This document shows, in pieces, positions 54,901 through 64,000 of a stretch of DNA of 64,000 bases (the first letter of the stretch is position 1; the number at the start of each line of letters is the position of its first letter). Below the pieces are notes generated by a model, which searched no databases, had not been told where the DNA came from, and saw only the letters and a list, made by a program, of their open reading frames with translations. The DNA comes from Schmidtea nova (Eukaryota). The position numbers and the translations under genes were made by a program. Location of the stretch: positions 495,566,001 to 495,630,000 of the forward strand of contig CM097882.1 of NCBI GenBank assembly GCA_044892505.1, given 5' to 3'.

Positions 54901-57900
54901 TTTGAATCGGAATTTTAAAATAAATAATCTACGTCAATATAAATTTATTATTTCATCAAATTAAAACATCTTTCAACATCAACAATTCACGTAATGGTCC
55001 ATTTACGGTGACCATAACACAACAATAAACAGAATAAAATCAACAAAATCATTCGCTCAAAGAGTATTATTTTTTCCAAATTATTATATTTTAATATTTA
55101 AAATTCAAGCTTAACTTTACTCATATCTTAATCCTATTGTCTATCTTGCTCTAAATTTATAATAGAATATTTATTAAAATTTCAACATTTTGATTTTAAA
55201 ATTTTGCTAAGGCCTTAGTAACGACTTTGGTTCAGTAAAACTTTACATTTATAATTTATATTCATCATATTCTGGGTTTTTCAACATGATTTGATTATTT
55301 AATTCTAATTTAAAATTTCCTGTAGATTTAGAGTGCAGTTGGTAAAAGGAATTTTAATCAAAAATCTAATTTTAATCCTTGTTTAAAATAAAAGAATTTT
55401 GGGCCTTTTATTTAATTATATGTACTCTCAACCTGATTGGTTGCTTTGGATAACGTAAGGAATTTTCTATAATGTATTATTGATTTTATCATTCTATTTT
55501 TAGATTACTGAATTTCCATAGCTTATTCCTGATTGATTCTTAAGTAATCTTGTACCATTTCAATACTTTCCTATAATTTACTTTATTCAGTTAATCAAGT
55601 CATCGGATCGTCAGGTGGGAGATTTTCCATGCCAATACTATCCAGCTTCGAGTTTGGCATTTCAGAATGGCAAGTAAATTAATGTTTTTCTTATAAATTT
55701 TTGTAATTTCTTATATTTTTAGAGTAATTAAATTCGTTAGGGGAACATCATTAGTTAAACTCCTCTAACAGCCATCTCAATTTTATAAACGTGCTCCCGT
55801 CAATCCTTATTGGAATTTCTTTAACTCAAATCTCAACTTTATCTTAATTTGATCGAATTTCCTGGCAAGATATTATAGTCCCCTTTTCTCACTGGGGCGA
55901 ATTCTGGATTATTCATATACGCTGGAATTGGATTTTTTGATGGCCTGCCTTCTATATTGATTTCTTTTGGCGGATATTTTTAAAAAATGTTTAATAAATC
56001 TAGTAATTGTATTTTCATTTTTATGAATATAATTTTTATGAACTCGTCGTTTTTTTTGTGGATTTTATATTTTGGGAACCAAATTTTAGTTTCCAGTTCT
56101 AGTGGATTTCCGAAATATTATCACCCTCAGAAGGATGGTTGGCATTATGGGAAAATACTAATTTTCATCTCTTTTATTATCATCGGTGTTTACGATTTAA
56201 CCTCCCGACTATGATAATTTAATCCAATAGAACTTAACAGCGGAAATAATAAATAACATTATTAATCTTAATGGATGTTATACGTTGTCGATCCAATCTA
56301 GTGAAACTTTAAAATATTGTATGCGGTAACTTGATAGATTCTATGTACTGGTATAAGTAAAAATGGAAAAGGTTCAGTTTGATGGCTTGTTACTTGGTAT
56401 TATCGGGTGAAGTAGTAAGCGTATGGATAAATATGAATTAAGGAAATGTGATGGAGATTTGGTAGATGTGGTAAACTATAATCGACTGAGATGACGAGAT
56501 TTGAATGGATGTTTAGGGGGTTTGCAAACGGGGATAAGGTAATTTATCATGAAAATTTTACATGGGATGTTGTGCTTTGAGGTAAACTGATGATCTGAGA
56601 TGTAATAACTGCTAGTTTATACGTTCATTTACTTTTATGGATTTAGTATGAATTTCCATTGTGGTGATTGTATGTTGGATAAAATGAACAATTCAATGAT
56701 AAGTGAGATTGGATGAGTGCCTGTGTGAATTTTCTGGACGTGTGATGCAGATAGGTACTATTGAGTGAAACAATATAGTGTGTGTGTTGGTAAATGAATG
56801 TATTTCTGCATAGTATTAGGTATGGATGGTGCTAGATGTTAATGAGTGAAACGATACAGTGCGTGTTTTGATAAATGAATGGGTTTTTATGTGGTGTTAT
56901 ATAGATGTTACTAATGAGTGAAATGAATGTTATGATTTGCAAACATGGATGTATTATGATTTTTGTGATATCGTGGGGGTATTTTATAAAATAATATATA
57001 AAATAATTTTAGAATTAAAATGATAATAATAATTTTTATAATACTTTCTACAAATTTTAAATTTATAATTTTATAAAAGTTATAATAATATAATTTATAT
57101 TTTTTATAATACGATAATAAATTTTTATATTTAAAGGATATACATATATATTAATTGTAAATTTTTCTACGAAATTTCAAATTTGGAATTTTATAAAATT
57201 TTAATATAATAATACATTTTTTAACTTATAATTTTTCACGTTTGATATAAGAATTTCTAGGAAAAATTTTAATTTATAACATTTATATTACAATTTTTAC
57301 ATAACATAATATCTATAAAAGTAAAATTTTATTTTTATAACCGAATCTAAAAATTCTATAAAATTTATACAATAATAAGATTTTTATTCACAAATTTCGA
57401 AATCTAAGTAATGCAATCTAAAAAATTAAGTTATTTTCAAAAGTAATTTATAAATTTTTACAAAAATTAGTTTTCATAAATGGGTTTCTAAAAACAAGGC
57501 ATATATAAAATTTCAAGCCGGTTCTTTCGCGATCTTTAATATTCAAAATTCTACATGCAATTCTTAGAAATTTTTATCAATGAGTTTCACGATTTCGAGT
57601 AAAAATTCAACGATCTATTATCGAGCATAATTTGTAATATAACATTTTTACTGCTCTTTGAGTGCTCATTTACAGGCTTTTATACGTTTGATTTTCGGAT
57701 CGACTTTTGCGAATTCTTTCATAGTAAAATAAAGATGACCTTTATTGAGCGAAGGCGATTGAGGAGATGAATGTCTATTTCCGATTGATTTTTATTATGT
57801 TCGCATTTTTATATAGTTGTGAGAGATATGTGATTTAATATAAATAGAAATAACTACAATATGATAAATAAAATATTCATTTGCGTCTATGAATACCATA

Positions 57901-59833
57901 TCGCATTTCAAAAAAATGTAATAGGTTTTCAGACGTTAATTACTTTGAACAGAACCTTACGCTTGGCCAATCCACTACTCCTCATATAGCCAGGTATGAG
58001 ATGAAGCGTTTTTGGATGTATGCGCTCACTTCGATGAAAATATGGATCAGCTCGTTGAAAGGACTCCAACAAACTGATAATTTACCAAAATGACTAATGA
58101 CGGTACAACGACTAGGTGGACCATCATCAGACGTATGGAAATAGTTTTAATAAAAAATATAAATATGTATATGATAAATAAATGAATATCAGTATAAGTA
58201 TGTTATGTTGTGAGAAAATATGATCCAAGAAAAAATTAAAACTTGAATAGAAAAATTATAATAATCATTACATATTTTACCATAAGATAACACTTTATCA
58301 AACATTGAATAAAAAGGAAAAATCAAAGCAGGGTAACATGGCATGATTTGCTAGCTTGCATAACATAAAATTCATGGTTCTTACATATTCAAATAGCTTC
58401 TCCGCTTGGTTCGGATACGACTTCTAGAATTTTTCGAGGGGTTCGCCTTCCGAGAATTTTCTTAAACGATTTTAAGCAAAGTTATCTCTTCAAATTTTCA
58501 CTGCTAAAAACGTTTCAGAATTTTTAGCAACAAAATTCCACAAATTTTGCAAATTCTGCAAATTCAGTCCATAATTGAATTTTGATGGAGGTAATTATAT
58601 TTGCTCAAAATTTTTATTTTCGTTGAGATATTAAAACAAATTGTTCTAGAAGGAATTTTCTGATTCTTGAAATTAATTTCAATTATTTTACGCAAAATTG
58701 AATTATTATTGCGTAAAATTTTAAATAAATTCTAAATAATTTATTTTTGATGTAAAATTTCATTTTCAAATCAAAGTTTTTCCCCATTTAATTAATTTAT
58801 CATAATTTCTGACTAAAACAATTTTCTTTCATGTTTTTCGAATTTTTACACTAACATTTGAAAATTTATTCCCGAAAAGATGTTTTTTTCTAGTGTTTTA
58901 CTAGTCTATTACATTACTATTATTTACTAGTCTATTTTTACTAGTCTATTACATAATTGATATCACGTATAAACTCAATGCGCTTTTGTTCGTTTCAATT
59001 TTTCGACGTGTTTTGATTGACTATTTCATGTGTTCTGTTGCTACTGAGCATACTTGGTGTTTTAGGTTCACAGAATTTCAAATCTACTTCTTGCGCGCTC
59101 TCTACATATTATAAATTTCAAATATTCTTCCTCGCGCGCTCTCTACATTTTATAATACCGCGCTATTTAAACAAATCTCAGTTTTTGCCCAACAATACTC
59201 ATGTGTATGTGTTTGTTATGTAAGTTGTTTTGTGTTTTATGTTGTGTCGTATGTTTCCTGTACTGTGTTTAACAACTCACGACAAAAATATAAAAATACA
59301 CAACGATCATATGTTTGTGTCTTGTTTTTGATTGCGTGTCTTAGTGTTGTATTATTTGAAGCAGTCATTGTATTGTTTTTTGTAAGGGGTGATAATAGTG
59401 TTGAGGTCTCAAATATGTGTACTTGAAATCTCAACTGGGGGTTGGTGGTTCCTATATAAATAAACAAGACAATAAGAGGTCTGTTTTAAAAAAATTTATT
59501 CAATAACAAAATTATTACCAAAAAATTGTGTACAAATAGATATTCTACACTTTCACACTTTCAATTCAACTTCAACAAGTTTTAATTTTTTTTTATGTTT
59601 TTGACCAACTGGTCGATTTTAAAAGCTCTACGGATTTGTACCTGAGAGAGCAAAATTTAATCGCAAATTTTTACCTTTGATTTTATGGCAATTTGACTAA
59701 ATTGCCTTCTCCTTTTATATCGAAATTTAGCATGCAAATTACATACATTATTTACTGAAAATCTGACATTTATAAACTGAACCAAAATTTGAAATTCTGA
59801 CATTTATAATTGTCGAATTTTCCAAATATGATA

Positions 59834-59923
59834 TTTATAAAATACATTCCTAATAATAAATAAAGATTTATAAAATACATTCTTAATAATAAATAAAAAT
59901 TTATAAAATACATTCCTAATAAT
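59834..59923. repeat. 33-bp tandem repeat x~3
   Basis: tttataaaatacattcctaataataaataaa at 59834, 59867 and 59900. Confidence 0.8.
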
Positions 59924-60242
59924 CATTAAAAAAAAATAAAAATCAATAAAATCAAGCATGCTCAGAAATAAAATACAAATAAATAAAATAATTAAAGTCA
60001 AGCGTGCTCAAAAGTAAATAATGAAATAGTCATGTTAATCAGTTCAAATGTTGGGTTCGCTTTGCATTGACAGACAACTTGATTTGAGACAGACGACTTC
60101 AGATGATTTGAATTAAACGATTTTAGATAGTTTGTAGGATCACAAAGATAGTGAAGGGTTGTTAATTGTTAGGCAGGTTTTGATTGATTATAGTCATCTT
60201 ACGAAAGGAATTTCTACTGATGTTATTATTTGATTGAGATGG

Positions 60243-60290
60243 TTGAGACGGGCACTTGAGACGGATATTGAGACGGATATTGAGACGGAT
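60243..60290. repeat. 12-bp tandem repeat x4 just downstream of the exonuclease-like ORF
   Basis: TTGAGACGG(ATA) at 60243, 60256, 60268 and 60280. Confidence 0.8.
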
Positions 60291-60327
60291 GATGATTGCG
60301 ACAGACGATTGATGATTTGATTGGGGA

Positions 60328-61518
60328 TTACTTTTCCAGATAGATATTAACTCGGTATCTATTATAACCTGTATGGTAATATTTATTGATTTTAAATGCC
60401 TCAATGGGCCTCCCTTCGTCATCAAACATACCTCCCTGGGCCGTCAAGGTAATGTCCTCATTACCTTTATCTGATATGACGAGTTCGATTTCTTTTTCTT
60501 TTACTTGGATGATTGCCTTCCTCTGTTCTTTTCTGAATGTTAAAAGGTCCTTCCTGAATTGTTTTCCAACGCAGGTATCCTTTTCTGTGGTTGTGAGTTC
60601 TTCCGGCAATATTTCGATCTCGGGTTCTGACCCTATATCAGTTTCTTGATAACTTGTACTCGGTACCTGATCCATTTCTACTTCTTCTTCTGGATCCAGG
60701 TCACATTCCTCCATTTTTTCCTGTCGTACGACTGGTTCTCTTTTTGTTTCCCTCATTTCCATGTTGGTTGTTCTTGTTTCGCTGATGAAAATAAGGTCAT
60801 CGTCACTAGCTGTTGATTCTTCCGTAGATGTTTGTAATATTTCTTCCTCCTCTCCTTCTGATTCACTTTCCCAGTTGCTATCGATATTGGATTGTCCTTT
60901 ATTTTCTATGTTTGCTCTATTTCTTGGATCCATCTCTTCTTGGAATCTTTTTTGGTTCCATTTAATTACCTCTTCCCACTGGGTTTCTGTTATCATGTAT
61001 ATTATTTTGACCAATTTGGTGGTTTCTGATCCTGAAAATGGTTCTGGTCTTCTTAATAATTCGTTTACCCTCTTGTCCTTGAACCATCGTTTATGATGAC
61101 TTACAACTTGGTATGCCAAGTTAGATAGTTTAATTTTGTGAGGTTCTACATTCTTCACGAATGTGCACATGAACTGGTTCTCTTCCATTTCTCGGATCCC
61201 CATAACATAATTGATTTCCATTGCCAGTGTTTTGAGTTTATCCATTATTCCGAATCCTATTATTATTTTCCCATATAATATGCTTCTGACATCATTTAAT
61301 GCCTGATATTCATCCTCGTTTCCTATAATGTTTTCTTTAGTTGCTCTGGTTCTTTCAACTTTGAAATCTCTGATCCTTGATCTTGGGGTTATCTTTTTAT
61401 CATATATTGTACTGCCCTGATCGTCTCTTATGCTGATTTCTACTGGCCTTAGATTTCCGTTGATGTCCGTTATTAATTTGATATCCAGAAACACTATTAA
61501 TTCGTGCCTTTCTTCCAT
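60328..61518 (-). CDS. 396-aa accessory protein: ISG20/REX4-like DEDDh fold (catalytically degenerate) plus acidic tail
   Basis: IVFLDIK..ISIRDDQGSTIYDKKITP..IRDFK..ILYGKIIIGFG aligns by eye to ISG20 VVAMDCE..SLVNVHGAVLYDKFIRP..ITDYR..LLKGKLVVGHD. Confidence 0.7.
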   Translation of the reverse strand: MEERHELIVFLDIKLITDINGNLRPVEISIRDDQGSTIYDKKITPRSRIRDFKVERTRATKENIIGNEDEYQALNDVRSILYGKIIIGFGIMDKLKTLAMEINYVMGIREMEENQFMCTFVKNVEPHKIKLSNLAYQVVSHHKRWFKDKRVNELLRRPEPFSGSETTKLVKIIYMITETQWEEVIKWNQKRFQEEMDPRNRANIENKGQSNIDSNWESESEGEEEEILQTSTEESTASDDDLIFISETRTTNMEMRETKREPVVRQEKMEECDLDPEEEVEMDQVPSTSYQETDIGSEPEIEILPEELTTTEKDTCVGKQFRKDLLTFRKEQRKAIIQVKEKEIELVISDKGNEDITLTAQGGMFDDEGRPIEAFKINKYYHTGYNRYRVNIYLEK

Positions 61519-61568
61519 AGACAGTTCTAGTTGGGTGAATGAGATTCTTCTTTTTATTAGATCTTCTG

Positions 61569-62273
61569 TTAATTTGATCGATGACGGATGCTTTCCAGTT
61601 GCCTGAACGGATTTGGCATTGTGGGAATGTAAATTATTTCTATCGCAATAACACAGGGTAAGCTATTCATTTGTATCAGTAACTCGTTAAAATCGTTACT
61701 CATGCTCCTGTCTTTTCTGATTAATTTGATTATGAGCGAGCAATTGCTTGTTGTCATAAGTGGGATTTTGTTTTGGCAAATTGATACCTCGGTTTTTGTG
61801 ATGTGGAACGTTAACTGGTGGGGTACTTTTTTACCTTCTGCTACCGCTTTATCCACATTTTTATATTGGTCGAAACTCCAAATGAGTTCTCGGAGTTTGA
61901 CTCTTCGAGCATCATTAAATTTGATTATGCTCATTTCTCTCTCTTCGATGTCTGTCTTCATTTCGTTGGGTATGCAGACTTGGTTAGGGAAATTTCTTAT
62001 GGTGATGGGTTGTCCGTCTGTACTGATTTTGTTCTGGATATTTTTATAAAAACTGTTTCCCAGTTTGTTTATAAAACAGGTGTATTTTTGATAAGATGCG
62101 GGTTACTCGTTTTGTTTGAATATTTGATCGTACTTCTCGAACGATTGATTGTGGGATTGACTTTGTTTGTATGGGTGTTGACGATTGGGTTGGCTGTGTT
62201 GTTTGAATTGTTTGTTTGGGTGCTGATTGAATTGTCTATTTGATTGTCTGTCGGGTTGATTGCTATTGTACAT
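61569..62273 (-). CDS. Accessory ORF with Q/N-rich start, interrupted by one in-frame TAA (62103-62105)
   Basis: ATG at 62273; after the TAA the frame stays open for 47 codons into track ORF 61569-61961. Confidence 0.5.
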
Positions 62274-62496
62274 TTTCTTTCTACAAATTAAATAATTAAT
62301 TTTTAATTTGAAGTGTAATGCTGGTTTTCCCTCATACACCAAAATATAGATATACATATATATAATTTTAATAAATATTATTGACCAATTTACATCATAC
62401 TTGTGTTGATAATGTGTATATGCCAGGTATGTATTTACCCAAATGGAATTGCCCTGGTACATCTTTGACCAGTCGACTCCGATACCGCTGCCTTTT

Positions 62497-63999
62497 TCAC
62501 TTGTACTTTTTGTATATTTGTGTGCTAGTTACTAAAGCTAAGACTGCTAATGTTATTACCGATGCTGTGATTACATAATATGGCCAATGTGGCTTTTTAT
62601 CCTTTTTTTGAAATGCTTGTAGTTCCTCTAAGTTATGTATAACTATTGGTTTTCCTTGCTTTATTTTGACATATTTTTGTTTTTGTTGTTGTTTTTGGAA
62701 TTTTGTTATTCTAGTGTTTGTTGGTATTTTGTCTATATGTGATGTGGTACTTAATATATTATTCATTGTTTTTATTCTTTTGCTTTCTGTTCTATCTGAT
62801 GTTATTGTTGTCATTGTTGTTGTTATGCTTAGATCTTTGGATAATTGTTCTGTTTTTATTCTCTTGCATCTCCATATTGTTGTATCTGTGTCTCTCTGTA
62901 TGCAAATTCTGTACATTGTATTAGGTGTTAGATTTGTGAAGTTAACATAGTTTCCTCTTTCGATTTCCTTGGTTGTACTGTCGTCTTTTCTTTTTATCAT
63001 CTTTGGATTTTCTTTATCTGTTGTTTGCATGTATATGTCAATTACTCCCCTGTTTATGATAAATACTCTCACTTCGTTTGTTGATATTTTTATTAATAAT
63101 CTGTCAAATTCTATTGTTTTGGTTGAACCAGCAACTGTTATGATTGTTAGGAAGATAGCCGATATTATTAGCTTGTTATGAGATCTAAGATTATACTTGT
63201 GAGGTTTATCTATCGTGACCTCTGCCTCTGCTAACTTGCATCTGTTAACATGTACTACTATTGTATCCTCATTTTTATGTTTATTTAGGTGTAGATTTTC
63301 ATTTATTACTTTTATTACTTCGTATGGACCTTTATATGGTCTTGCTAGCTTTGTTGTTTTTCCTTTTCCTACTTGTGGTGACATAAGTTTAACCTTATCA
63401 CCTACTTTAAAGTTATGTGGTTTACTATTTTTGTCATAGTCGGCTTTGTACTGTTCTTGTCTAAATTTGACTTTTAAATTAGCTACTTTATACACTTCTT
63501 TCAGTTTTTCCTGCATTAGTGTAACATAATCTGGTGCGTCTAAATATTGTGATACTCGAGGTTCAAAAATTGTATCTATTGGTGTTTCTGGCTCTCTTAA
63601 GAACATTAAGTGATACGGTGAATACCCTGTTGTTTCATTTGGAGTGATATTATCGATGTATGTGCATTGACTTACGCATTCGTCCCAATCATTTTGATTT
63701 TTGCCTACAAAAACCGCTAGTCTGCTTAATAATGTCCCGTTAAACCTTTCTACTAACCCATCAGTTTGAGGGTGATACCCTGTTGTGTTGATCTTTTGCA
63801 TGTTAAAAATGTTAGCTACCCTTTTTATTAATTCGCTAGTAAAATTTGTTCCTTTATCTGTTAATAATCTTTTAGGTGTGCCTATCTTAAAAATTATTTT
63901 TTCTATGAGTAATTTAGCAACAGTTTCTGCTGTTTCATCTTTTGTTGGGAATGCTTCTGCCCATCTAGTAAAATAATCACTAAATACTAGTATATGTTT
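62497..63999 (-). CDS. pol: Partial pol C-terminus: integrase, signal-like segment, FN3-like domain, TM
   Basis: Frame is open to the window edge: KHILVFSDYFTRWAEAFP..LTDKGTNF..HPQTDGLVERFN; then LIISAIFLTIITVAG, NLTPNTMYRICI, and TM WPYYVITASVITLAVLALV. Confidence 0.92.
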   Translation of the reverse strand, partial: KHILVFSDYFTRWAEAFPTKDETAETVAKLLIEKIIFKIGTPKRLLTDKGTNFTSELIKRVANIFNMQKINTTGYHPQTDGLVERFNGTLLSRLAVFVGKNQNDWDECVSQCTYIDNITPNETTGYSPYHLMFLREPETPIDTIFEPRVSQYLDAPDYVTLMQEKLKEVYKVANLKVKFRQEQYKADYDKNSKPHNFKVGDKVKLMSPQVGKGKTTKLARPYKGPYEVIKVINENLHLNKHKNEDTIVVHVNRCKLAEAEVTIDKPHKYNLRSHNKLIISAIFLTIITVAGSTKTIEFDRLLIKISTNEVRVFIINRGVIDIYMQTTDKENPKMIKRKDDSTTKEIERGNYVNFTNLTPNTMYRICIQRDTDTTIWRCKRIKTEQLSKDLSITTTMTTITSDRTESKRIKTMNNILSTTSHIDKIPTNTRITKFQKQQQKQKYVKIKQGKPIVIHNLEELQAFQKKDKKPHWPYYVITASVITLAVLALVTSTQIYKKYK

Positions 64000-64000
64000 A

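Larger units (their letters stand above)
60328..64000 (-). mobile_element. 3' internal part of a second, related Gypsy element (continues beyond the window)
   Basis: Integrase core fused to FN3/TM, followed by accessory ORFs, as in the giant element; its LTR boundary was not identified. Confidence 0.85.

Noticed and set aside
57930-58140. GC-richer island with short open frames
   Set aside because: No recognisable motif, and it cannot be assigned to a gene or TE from sequence alone.
55000-60100. Candidate 3' LTR of the second element
   Set aside because: There is no second copy in the window to define it, and no convincing PPT or TG..CA boundary was found.

Overview
AT-rich eukaryotic DNA with two N-gaps, made almost entirely of transposable elements. 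The host is probably a planarian flatworm such as Schmidtea (inference). The centrepiece is a complete, very young 28,270-bp Ty3/Gypsy LTR element on the minus strand (23875-52144). It has 3,267-bp TG..CA LTRs that differ at only 2 positions I spotted, a 4-bp TSD (CGTT) and a tRNA-Pro-type PBS, and it splits a hAT transposase. In size and cargo it resembles the planarian giant 'Burro' elements. Sense-strand order: IAP-type RING ORF; gag (3 CCHC knuckles); one in-frame UAG; a 4265-aa polyprotein (ubiquitin-like domains, AT-hook, Bcl-2-like domain, signal peptide, chuvirus-like class III fusion glycoprotein, TM, PR, RT, RNase H, IN, ankyrin repeats, second signal, 4 FN3-like repeats, TM); a 3' cassette with a complete TRAF2-like gene plus coiled-coil and membrane ORFs; and LTR-encoded ORFs. 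It reads like an enveloped endogenous retrovirus whose env lies upstream of pol, with a TNF/TRAF/apoptosis-modulating toolkit. A second related element enters from the right edge (IN-FN3-TM fusion and an ISG20/REX4-like pseudo-exonuclease). The window also holds relics of further relatives, a Penelope element with inverted termini, two SPIN/GTF2IRD2-type hAT elements, a piggyBac relic, a higher-order tandem array and one probable host gene. All domain calls are by-eye motif matches; no searches were run.
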